Of a stretch of 59,145 nt of DNA, positions 34,367-42,413 are shown piece by piece. The translations under genes and the position numbers were made by a program. Position 1 is the first letter of the stretch; every line of letters starts with the position of its first letter. This DNA comes from Burkholderiales bacterium (GTDB taxonomy: Bacteria; Pseudomonadota; Gammaproteobacteria; Burkholderiales; SG8-41), in the NCBI GenBank assembly GCA_019746155.1, contig JAIESJ010000226.1, positions 1 to 59,145 of the forward strand, in the 5' to 3' direction. Under the pieces are notes generated by a model. It saw nothing but the letters and a program-made list of their open reading frames with translations, was not told the DNA's origin and did no database searches.

Positions 34367-36820
34367 TCACGCCGCGTGCGCAATTGCGCTCGGGGGCGAG
34401 CCGCCTACGCTGCGCACGGCGTTGAAAAACAGAGACGCCTTTCCCCACAGCGAGTTGAAGAAGATCGCGGTGACACTGCCCGCCATCGCTGCCATTGCCC
34501 ACACCGGGTAGATAAGGCCCGTTGCGGCAACTGGAATGCCGATGCCGTTAAAGCAGAACGCGAGCACTACGTTCTGCACCATCTTGCGATAACCGCGGCG
34601 ACTGATGTCGCGGGCAACAAGAATCGATTCGAGACGATTGCCGAGAATGATGATGTCGGCGGACTCGATTGCGATGTCCGTGCCGCTGCCCATCGCGATG
34701 CCGACGTCCGCCTGCATCAGCGCAGGGGCGTCATTGATGCCGTCGCCGACCATCGCAACTTTGCCTCCTTGCTGTAGCTGGCGAATGATTTCTGCTTTTC
34801 CGTTAGGCAGCACACCCGCGTACACTTCGTCGATGCCAGCCTCGCGCGCTACGCGGTTAGCCGCGCGCTCGTTGTCGCCGGTGAGAAGAATGGGCTTGAT
34901 GCCGGCTTTGCGAAGCGCGGCAACTGTTTCAGCTGCGTCGGCGCGCAGGCGGTCACCCAGCGCGATGATGCCGAGGACATTGCCGTTGCGCGCGATCGCG
35001 ATCACGGTGCGCCCGAGTTCCTCCAATTCCTGAATACGTGAAGGAAGAGAACCCAGTTCGACACCTTCTTCCTCTAAAAACTTCGGACTTCCAACCAAAA
35101 TAGCGGCCCCCTCGATTCGAGCTCTTACTCCGCGGCCTGGAACTGCTACAAAGTCCGTTACCTCAACCGGCGTCACCTTGCGCTCAAACGCGATGTTTAC
35201 TATCGCCTGAGCCAGGGGATGCTCCGAGGATGTTTCTGCAGCGGCCGCAATTCCCAGCAATTTTTCTTGCGACGCTTCCAAGCCGATGATCTCTTGCACG
35301 AGCGGCTTCCCTTCCGTCAGCGTACCAGTCTTGTCCAATACGACATACTTGACCAGCCGATAAGCTTGAAATGCTTCACCCGTGCGCATCAGGATGCCAC
35401 GCTCTGCCGCTTCGCCCGCACCACGCACGATCGAAAGCGGCGCCGAAATTCCTACCGCGCAGGGGTAGCCCATGACGAGCACGCTTAATCCGGCGAACAC
35501 GGCGCGCTCGATGTCGACCTGTCCGGCCACAAGCCACGAACCGATCACCCAACTGACCACCGCGAGGGTCGCGATAGCAAGCACGGTCGGCGTGTAGACC
35601 CGCAGCACGCGATCGACCAGGTGTAGCAGTCCCGGCTTTAAGGCCCGCGCGTCCTCGACATGGCGAATCACTTGCTGCAGGAAGCTATCTTCGCCGATTG
35701 CAGTGACACGCACCAGCAGGGTTCCGATGCGATTCATCGAGCCGCCGACGACTTTGCTGCCTTGAGCTTTTTCGACGGGTATCGGCTCCCCACTCACCAG
35801 GGATTCATCGACTGCCGAATGACCGCTGACGACCTCTCCGTCCACGGGAATGCGCTCGCCGGGACGAATCCGCACGCTGTCGCCGACCTTTACTCGCTCG
35901 ATCGGAATTTCCTCCTCCCGCTCGCCACGCACCACTCGCGCAGTCTGGGGCTGCAGGTCCAAGAGCTTCTTGACGGCCTGCAAGCTTCTGGTTTTGACGA
36001 TCAGGGACAGCCACTCCGAGAAAACATGGTAGGTAACCACCATCACGGAGACGGCAAAAAATGACGCGGTCGGATAACCCACGGGTTGCAAGGTGAGACC
36101 GATGAGGCCACCGGCGATACCGGCGAAAGCGCCGATCTCGAGCAACACATGCTGGTTAAGAATTCCTCGTTTCAGCGCCTGAATTGCCATCATCAGGATG
36201 TGATTGGCGAGAGCGAAGACCATGATCAGCGCGAAGGCTCCCGTAATCCATGGGGTTGCTGACGCTAACCAGCCCTGAGACTTCGCGTAGTACAAAGCAG
36301 CCCCCAGCAGACATAAGCCAACGGCCCCTGCGATCGCGATGCCGAGTCCGCGGGGAGTCAGAACTACGAAGAACAGCGCGACCATGCTTCCGAAGACGAT
36401 CAGTGCGAGCAGCGTCGACCAGAAGCCGACCGGGTTTGCCACCAGCGCAATCGCGGCCAGACTGAAGCCAATGGCTGCGATAAACCGTTGTCCCTCGTGT
36501 ACCAGCGCCGCCTCTTCCTCTTCGAACGGCCGCAGCTTGCGCGGATCAGAAATGGTATAGCCGATGTCTTTGAGCGTTTGCAGCAGCTCTTCGGGACGCG
36601 CGACCTTCGGGTCATACTCGATGAGCGCCTGCTCGTGGGTCAGACTCACCGCGACCTTCTCGACACCGGGACGCTTCCCGAGTGCCTTCTCGATTGTTCC
36701 CGTGCACAGCGAGCAATGCAGTCCGCCGATGCGGGCGCGGATACGCGCCCGATCGGGACGATTCGACGGTTCTTCACTCCAGTAGCCGGCACTGGATTCA
36801 AGGGTGGCGAGATTGCTCAT
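34367..36820 (-). CDS. P1B-type heavy-metal ATPase with non-canonical Y-P-C membrane motif
   Basis: N-terminal HMA domain (GGLHCSLC) plus DKTGTLTEG, TGDNERAA and [10 protein letters not shown]. The TM motif is GYPCAVG rather than CPC. Start at ATG 36820 (MSNLATL...); the track ORF runs to 36859. Confidence 0.9.
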   Translation of the reverse strand: MSNLATLESSAGYWSEEPSNRPDRARIRARIGGLHCSLCTGTIEKALGKRPGVEKVAVSLTHEQALIEYDPKVARPEELLQTLKDIGYTISDPRKLRPFEEEEAALVHEGQRFIAAIGFSLAAIALVANPVGFWSTLLALIVFGSMVALFFVVLTPRGLGIAIAGAVGLCLLGAALYYAKSQGWLASATPWITGAFALIMVFALANHILMMAIQALKRGILNQHVLLEIGAFAGIAGGLIGLTLQPVGYPTASFFAVSVMVVTYHVFSEWLSLIVKTRSLQAVKKLLDLQPQTARVVRGEREEEIPIERVKVGDSVRIRPGERIPVDGEVVSGHSAVDESLVSGEPIPVEKAQGSKVVGGSMNRIGTLLVRVTAIGEDSFLQQVIRHVEDARALKPGLLHLVDRVLRVYTPTVLAIATLAVVSWVIGSWLVAGQVDIERAVFAGLSVLVMGYPCAVGISAPLSIVRGAGEAAERGILMRTGEAFQAYRLVKYVVLDKTGTLTEGKPLVQEIIGLEASQEKLLGIAAAAETSSEHPLAQAIVNIAFERKVTPVEVTDFVAVPGRGVRARIEGAAILVGSPKFLEEEGVELGSLPSRIQELEELGRTVIAIARNGNVLGIIALGDRLRADAAETVAALRKAGIKPILLTGDNERAANRVAREAGIDEVYAGVLPNGKAEIIRQLQQGGKVAMVGDGINDAPALMQADVGIAMGSGTDIAIESADIIILGNRLESILVARDISRRGYRKMVQNVVLAFCFNGIGIPVAATGLIYPVWAMAAMAGSVTAIFFNSLWGKASLFFNAVRSVGGSPPSAIAHAA

Positions 36821-36873
36821 GTTGTCACCTCGTTTTTGTAGCGCGCATCGTGATATCACGATGCCAGTCGATT

Positions 36874-37101
36874 TCAGCCATCGCGGCGGCCCGCGACGCG
36901 AAAACCACCTTTTTCGATCGTTGCAGTCAATTGTTCTTCGTTGACGGTCTGGGGATCGTAAAGCACTCGGGCTTCACCATCCTTGAACGATACGGCCGCT
37001 TTGCGGACGCCGCCGTTTCTCTCGAGAAGCGCCTGGATCGTCGCAGCACAACCGTCGCAGTGCATGCTTTCAACCTTAAATGTGACACTGTTCACCGCCA
37101 T
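36874..37101 (-). CDS. copZ: cytoplasmic heavy-metal-associated (HMA) chaperone, CopZ-like
   Basis: 75 aa with the ferredoxin-like HMA motif ESMHCDGCA and an AGGAGA RBS. Confidence 0.85.
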   Translation of the reverse strand: MAVNSVTFKVESMHCDGCAATIQALLERNGGVRKAAVSFKDGEARVLYDPQTVNEEQLTATIEKGGFRVAGRRDG

Positions 37102-37159
37102 TCTCCTATTGGGTTTTAACCGGACAATCCGGTCAGCCGAAAGGTGGAACTCGTTTGGA

Positions 37160-37190
37160 ATCTAAACCTTGGAGATAACTCCAAAGTCAA
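37160..37190 (-). promoter_or_regulatory. MerR-type promoter/operator upstream of copZ and the ATPase
   Basis: The minus strand reads TTGACT-TTGGAGTTATCTCCAAGGT-(T)TAGATT. The spacer is 19-20 bp and contains the dyad CTTTGGAG-N4-CTCCAAGG. Confidence 0.7.
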
Positions 37191-37263
37191 GTTTTTTTGG
37201 GCTGTATTATTTATCCGAGCGTCTGCAAAGCCCTTTTATCGGTGCTGTCTCCGCTCGAGACGA

Positions 37264-37827
37264 TTACTGGGCGTGCTTAACGCTATCGAGGAACCTGAGA
37301 TAGCTCTCGGGCAGCCCGTGTGCTCGTGCGCCCTCGCGGAGCAGCGTGATGTAGCGCAGCGATGGGTTACCATCCGCTTCGTTGCCGTCGGCAATGTAGG
37401 TCACCGCCTGGAGCGGCCGCCCGTCGATGTCTTCCGCATCAACCCATAGCGGACGGTAGCGGGGCCCCGGAACGCCTTCCGTCGCGTCCAGATGAACGAG
37501 GTCACGGCGCGTGATGCGATAGAGCACGCCCCACACCTCCGCCTGCGGGTCTACAACCAGATTGGCCGGTGCGGCCTTGCCTTTCGGGCGCCCTTCGAGG
37601 TTGAAGCGCAGGCAATACCCGCGCACCCGGCCGGCACGCCATTCCAACGGCCGCATGCCGCGCCGCTCGCGAAAAGCGCTGTCATGCATGTTGGCTCCGT
37701 AAGCGAAATACCAGATATTTTCTGTTGGAGGGCCGATAAGGCGGATGCCGTGGAGCCGGTAATAGCACCAGGAGAGCGCCCAGGACTTGGCCATGAGCCT
37801 GCGCAGCGTTCTTAACAGATTTCTCAT
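37264..37827 (-). CDS. gamma-glutamylcyclotransferase (GGCT/AIG2-like) fold protein, paralog 2
   Basis: 187 aa containing IWYFAYGANMHDSAFRERRGMRPLEW...VWGVLYRI. Similar along its length to the ORF at 40101-40631. Confidence 0.7.
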   Translation of the reverse strand: MRNLLRTLRRLMAKSWALSWCYYRLHGIRLIGPPTENIWYFAYGANMHDSAFRERRGMRPLEWRAGRVRGYCLRFNLEGRPKGKAAPANLVVDPQAEVWGVLYRITRRDLVHLDATEGVPGPRYRPLWVDAEDIDGRPLQAVTYIADGNEADGNPSLRYITLLREGARAHGLPESYLRFLDSVKHAQ

Positions 37828-39080
37828 CGCTCGCTGTCTCCAATCGGGATGGCGCGCAAGCGCCGGACCGTCAGGAATTGCACGGCGGCGGCGGTAAGGC
37901 TCACCGCAAAGACGGCGGCGAACGATCCCACTTCCGCCACCGCGCCGCCTGCCATCGGCAATAGCGCGGCTGGTGCGGCCAAGGCATTGAAGTAGCCGCT
38001 GTAAGCGGGGCGGCGGTCATCCGGCGAAATCTCCATCAGATAACCGAGGTAGGCGATGGTGCTGCCGTTCCCCACCGCGCCCAGGAGCGCGAAGACCACC
38101 GCGAAATAGGGTAGCGCCGCCGCGCCCCCACGCCCATCGTTGGCCATCCAGGCGAGGGTGAGGATCGGGGCCACGGCGCCGAGGGCGGCAACGATCTCCA
38201 GCAACTCGCGCTTGCCGCGCCGGTCCCCCCACCAGCCCCACAGGGGGTTGGAAAGCAATGCGCCTGCCGTCTGCGCCCCGAGCAGAAACGCCACGTCCGC
38301 CGCGGAATCTTTCGCCTGCAGGATGTAGAAGGGGAGCGCCATCGCCGCCGCGCCGCCGAGCCACTGTGCGATAAGGAAGAGGCGGAAGCGGCGGTCGCCG
38401 ACAAAGGTATCAAGACCACCACGCAGGAACTTCAGGAAGCCCGCTGCAACTGAAGGTTCCATCGGAGCCGTCGGCTCGCCGGCTGAAACGAAGGATACTG
38501 CAGAGATGAGGAGCAAGACCGCGCCGAGCAGCAGCAATGCCGCATAGCCGCCGGGGAACGGCAGGGCCTGGAGTATCCGGTACGCTGCTGCGGCCACGGC
38601 AAGCGCGAGGAGACCCCCGCCGAAGAAGCGGAGCGCCAGCATCCGGCTGCGCTGCGCCGCGGGGATTGAACGGGCGACGATGTCATTGTATGGCACCGCC
38701 ACGATGCCGCTGACGAAGGCATAGAGGGTCCAGAGCGCGAAGAATAGCGCGACCGCGGACGCACCCGGCGGATCGACTGCCAACCACAGCAATGCGGCGA
38801 GACCGGCGAGACACGCCACGCGTCCGAACGCGCCCGCCATGTAGAACGGCAGGCGCTGCGCGCGTCGCTGCGCGTAGTAAGCGACAAAGAGTTGCGGGAA
38901 CAGCCAGCCGAAACGGGCGATAGCCGCCGCCGCGCCGACTGCGAAGGCGCTGCCTGTTAGCCCATGCACAAGCGCCGCCACGACGGTGCTCGTATCGACT
39001 GCCGCCGCACCGCCCTGGAAAAAGATACCGGCGGCCGAGATGCGCCAGAAGCGCCGCTTCGACTCAGTCGCTTCGGACAC
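37824..39080 (-). CDS. MFS transporter
   Basis: 418 aa, about 12 hydrophobic helices. ATGA overlap with the downstream GGCT-like gene. Confidence 0.8.
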   Translation of the reverse strand: MSEATESKRRFWRISAAGIFFQGGAAAVDTSTVVAALVHGLTGSAFAVGAAAAIARFGWLFPQLFVAYYAQRRAQRLPFYMAGAFGRVACLAGLAALLWLAVDPPGASAVALFFALWTLYAFVSGIVAVPYNDIVARSIPAAQRSRMLALRFFGGGLLALAVAAAAYRILQALPFPGGYAALLLLGAVLLLISAVSFVSAGEPTAPMEPSVAAGFLKFLRGGLDTFVGDRRFRLFLIAQWLGGAAAMALPFYILQAKDSAADVAFLLGAQTAGALLSNPLWGWWGDRRGKRELLEIVAALGAVAPILTLAWMANDGRGGAAALPYFAVVFALLGAVGNGSTIAYLGYLMEISPDDRRPAYSGYFNALAAPAALLPMAGGAVAEVGSFAAVFAVSLTAAAVQFLTVRRLRAIPIGDSER

Positions 39081-40104
39081 GCTGCGCTCCCGCTTCCCGC
39101 AGGTCGGCGAGCACCACGCCTTGGCGCCACAGCGCCAGGGCGCCGATACTGGCGACGGTCAAGAGGTTCGACGCCTGCACCACCAGCACCATCGCGAGCG
39201 CCTTCTCTTCGCCGACGTCGAAGAGCCCGAGCGCGAAAATCGCGCCGATCACGAAGCTGCCCGGAATTTTCGCGAAAGCGCCAGCAATGTGCACGAACCC
39301 CAGGAACACCATCAGGAATAGGTACTGCGCCGTCTGCAAACCAGCGCCGAAGGCGAGGCCTGCCCACAGGAAATGCGTGGCGGCGAAAAGCTTGATGGTG
39401 ACGCTTGCGGCGACGATGCCGAAACCGCGCCAGAATTCGCGCGGCCAGACGATGCCTGTTGCGAAAGAGGCTGCAACGCGCTTCACGGGTCCGAGGACGC
39501 GCGCCGGCAGGCGCTCGATCGATCGCATGAACCATCCGCCCGGACGCAATGTCCTGCGCTTGTAGAGTGAAAGCGCGAGCAGCAGCACCGCGAACAATAC
39601 GAAGCTGCCGGAAGCGGCCCACGTGAGCCCCGCGCGAATATCGCCGGTCGGATCAGGGAAGACCACGAGCAGCAGCGCAACCGGTACGAGCAGCGCGAAG
39701 ATAATGCCGTCGGTCACGCGGTCGATGGCAACGGTCGCAAGCACGGCGCTCATCGCCAAGCTCTCGCGACGGGCGACGAGCCAGGCGCGCGCCAGCGCGC
39801 TGAAGCCGAAGGGAATGAGCAGTCCCGCCAAGTAACCCGCCATGATCGCGCCGAACAGATGAAGCGTACCGATGGACCGCATCGGGTAGAGGATCTGGCG
39901 CCATTTCCAGGCCCGCACCAACTGCTCGCCCGCGATAGCGAGCGGCACCAGCAGCAGCAAGCGAACGTCGGCGCCGGCGAGGACGGTGCGAAAACTGTCG
40001 AGATCGAAGCGCCGCAGCACCCAGGCGAGCGCCGCAATGCCGACCAGTGCGCCGAGCCACGGCCACCGTCGGCGCCAGCGGCTCCCCGCCGCGATTTCCG
40101 TCAC
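39064..40104 (-). CDS. MprF-type flippase-like membrane protein (LPG_synthase_TM/UPF0104-like)
   Basis: 346 aa, about 8 TM, with the N-terminus RRRWPWLGALVGIAALAWVLRRFDLDSFRTVLAGADVRLL typical of this family. No synthase domain is present. Confidence 0.6.
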   Translation of the reverse strand: MTEIAAGSRWRRRWPWLGALVGIAALAWVLRRFDLDSFRTVLAGADVRLLLLVPLAIAGEQLVRAWKWRQILYPMRSIGTLHLFGAIMAGYLAGLLIPFGFSALARAWLVARRESLAMSAVLATVAIDRVTDGIIFALLVPVALLLVVFPDPTGDIRAGLTWAASGSFVLFAVLLLALSLYKRRTLRPGGWFMRSIERLPARVLGPVKRVAASFATGIVWPREFWRGFGIVAASVTIKLFAATHFLWAGLAFGAGLQTAQYLFLMVFLGFVHIAGAFAKIPGSFVIGAIFALGLFDVGEEKALAMVLVVQASNLLTVASIGALALWRQGVVLADLREAGAQRVRSD

Positions 40105-40631
40105 TCTCTCGCCTCGATGCTATCGAGGAAGGCGATGTAGTCCGCAGGCAGCCCGCGCTGGCGCGCCGCCTCGCGGATCAGGTTCAGGTACTGAGGCCCC
40201 GGTCTCCCCTCCGGCGCTGCGTGCGGCACCTTGTAGGTCACCACGGGCAACCGGTTGCCGGCGAGGTCCTCCGCCTCGGTCCAGAGGTAGTCGTACTGCT
40301 TGCCTTCGCTGTTATCGAGTCGGGCGAACTTGCGCCGGGGCAAGAGATAGAGAGCGCCGTAAACCACGCTGCCGGGCGCCGCAACGATGTTGGCCGGAGC
40401 CGACACGCCGGGGCGCATGCCTCCGGCAGATGTGAACACCAAGCGGTAACCATCAAGGCGACCGACCCGTGACTCCAACCACTTCATGTGCCGGCGTTCC
40501 CGGAACAGGCGCTCGTTCATGTTGGAGCCGTAGGCGAAATACCAGACCGGGTCCGGAACCTTCGCCGGCGGCATGCGGCCACGGCGATACCGGATCCACC
40601 GCCGCAGTACGGCCCACACTACGCGGTTCAT
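40101..40631 (-). CDS. gamma-glutamylcyclotransferase (GGCT/AIG2-like) fold protein, paralog 1
   Basis: 176 aa containing VWYFAYGSNMNERLFRERRHMKWLES...VVYGALYLL. ATGA overlap with the flippase-like gene. Confidence 0.7.
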   Translation of the reverse strand: MNRVVWAVLRRWIRYRRGRMPPAKVPDPVWYFAYGSNMNERLFRERRHMKWLESRVGRLDGYRLVFTSAGGMRPGVSAPANIVAAPGSVVYGALYLLPRRKFARLDNSEGKQYDYLWTEAEDLAGNRLPVVTYKVPHAAPEGRPGPQYLNLIREAARQRGLPADYIAFLDSIEARE

Positions 40632-40656
40632 TCCGCGTGCTCAGTGGAGCGCACGA

Positions 40657-41343
40657 TCAAGCTTCAGTTCGATCCGGATATCCGGGATGTGAGCGCGCAA
40701 TCGACGCTCGCGCCGCTTGAGCTGGCTCACGCGCTGGGCGCGCTTGCGACGCCCTGCCGACCGCGACGATGCGCACATCCAGCGCTTTGCCTTTGGGCGC
40801 GCGACGCACTGATGAACGCCCCGTGCTGCAACCACAGAATTCACACATAGTTTCCTCCTTGCTTTCGAACTTTTCCGGATGAGAGGCGCGGGACGATTGT
40901 GCTCGCTCCGCCGGTCGCATGCAGCCGCATGTGTCCCATGTGCACTTCCGGCCCGCAGGCTGTCGCACGGGTGATATGAGATCTTCAATCGCCGTGCGTA
41001 GACCCATAAGATGACGAATCCGCTGGTCGATCTCGTGCAGGTGCCTTCTCAGGATCTGCTGGTACTCAGGCTGTCGGCTCGGACAGCCTCTGTCTTGGGC
41101 AAGAGCGACCATTTCGCGGATGTCGGCGAGGCTCAGGCCGAACAGCCGCGCATGGTGAATGAACTTCAGCCGGCCCACATCGGCTTCGGTGTAGAGGCGG
41201 TGGCCCGCGGTGTGCACCCCGCCGTTGGTCCGGCCCGCCTTGGGAATCAGACCAATCTCCTCATAGTAGCGGATGGTCTTGACGGATAGGTCGGATGCCT
41301 TGGCTGCCTCGCCGATCGAGAAAGTAACAGGTCGATCCATCAC
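40657..41343 (-). CDS. atypical MerR-family regulator with long Cys-rich C-terminal extension
   Basis: 228 aa with the wHTH FSIGEAAKASDLSVKTIRYYEEIGLI and a coiled-coil, followed by CTWDTCGC. An in-frame SD-preceded MCEFCGC segment follows that. AAGGAG RBS. Confidence 0.75.
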   Translation of the reverse strand: MMDRPVTFSIGEAAKASDLSVKTIRYYEEIGLIPKAGRTNGGVHTAGHRLYTEADVGRLKFIHHARLFGLSLADIREMVALAQDRGCPSRQPEYQQILRRHLHEIDQRIRHLMGLRTAIEDLISPVRQPAGRKCTWDTCGCMRPAERAQSSRASHPEKFESKEETMCEFCGCSTGRSSVRRAPKGKALDVRIVAVGRASQARPAREPAQAARASIARSHPGYPDRTEA

Positions 41344-41363
41344 AACTCCTTTTCTGCAGCACT

Positions 41364-41395
41364 AACATAAAGCCTCCAGTGGCTGGAGCTTCAAG
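41364..41395 (-). promoter_or_regulatory. MerR-type promoter/operator upstream of the atypical merR-like gene
   Basis: The minus strand reads TTGAAG-(19 nt containing CTCCAG-CCA-CTGGAG)-TATGTT, 23 nt upstream of the ATG. Confidence 0.6.
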
Positions 41396-41423
41396 CCCTG
41401 TTGGCTCAGCGCGGTTTGCGCGC

Positions 41424-42404
41424 TCATTTTCCGGGCCGCCACTTCTGGATGCGGTTGTTGCCGAAGTCGGCAACGAACACCGTGCCGTCATCAGCGGCTG
41501 CCACCGCGATCGCGTGATCGAGCTGGCCAGGGCCGCGCCCCTTGGCGCCGAAGCTGGTCAGGAATTCGCCGTCGGCGGTGAATTTCTGAATCCGATGGTT
41601 GTAGAAGTCGGCGACGAAGACGTTGCCGGACTGGTCAAGGGCCACCCGCGTCACCGTCGCGAACCAGCCGTTGAACGGCCCGAAAATGTTCATCGCAAAC
41701 GGCCCGCCCCACTTGCGCCGGAAAGCGCCATCGGGACCGAATACCTGAATGCGGTCGTTGTAGCCGTCCGCCGCGTAGAGCGTGCCGTCAGCGCCGAGGG
41801 CGACGTCGGTGGGATAATTGAACTGTCCCGCCCAGATGCCGATCTTGCCCGTCGTGCCCCATTGCCGGATGAAACTGCCGTCCGCCTTGAGGTGTTGGAT
41901 ACGGTGATTGTAAAAATCGGCGATGAACAGATCGCCGTTGGGCGCCACGGCGATGCCCCCGGGGGCATTAAATTCGCCGGGGCCGCTGCCTGACTTGCCC
42001 ATCGTCCGCTTGGATGTGCCGTCGAGACCGAAAACCTGCACCCGGTCGTTGAAATATTCGGCAACGTAGAGCTCGTTGCCGTGGATCGTGAGATTCATCG
42101 GCCGACCAAGCTTGCCGGGCTCAGTTCCTGGTGCGCCGAATTGACGTTTGAAATGACCGTCCGTGTCGAATACCTGGATGCGGCCGTTGCGGGAGTCGGA
42201 AACAAACACTTCGGCTCTCGCCACAGCGATCCCGGTCGGATCGTTGAACTGTCCCGGGGCGTCACCCTTGCCGCCCCACGCGGTCACGAACTGGTAAGGC
42301 GGTTCTTTCGCCGAAGGAACGAAAGCCACCCAGCCACCCACAGCGAGGAGCGCGAGCGCGATGACAGTATTACGGACAAACTTGAGGACAGTTTTAACGT
42401 TCAT
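41424..42404 (-). CDS. NHL-repeat six-bladed beta-propeller protein, N-terminally anchored/exported
   Basis: 326 aa with a hydrophobic N-terminus. Six repeats of the ...NGRIQVFD.DG.F...G.G.GQFN.P.G(I/V)A... type are present. Confidence 0.75.
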   Translation of the reverse strand: MNVKTVLKFVRNTVIALALLAVGGWVAFVPSAKEPPYQFVTAWGGKGDAPGQFNDPTGIAVARAEVFVSDSRNGRIQVFDTDGHFKRQFGAPGTEPGKLGRPMNLTIHGNELYVAEYFNDRVQVFGLDGTSKRTMGKSGSGPGEFNAPGGIAVAPNGDLFIADFYNHRIQHLKADGSFIRQWGTTGKIGIWAGQFNYPTDVALGADGTLYAADGYNDRIQVFGPDGAFRRKWGGPFAMNIFGPFNGWFATVTRVALDQSGNVFVADFYNHRIQKFTADGEFLTSFGAKGRGPGQLDHAIAVAAADDGTVFVADFGNNRIQKWRPGK

Positions 42405-42413
42405 GCCCGGTGC

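Noticed and set aside
34165-34383. 72-aa minus-strand ORF spanning the ATPase/permease intergenic gap.
   Set aside because: It overlaps the 3' end of the ATPase and the likely 5' end of the permease in other frames, and it has no RBS or motif. The relatively AT-rich gap is more likely a promoter region.
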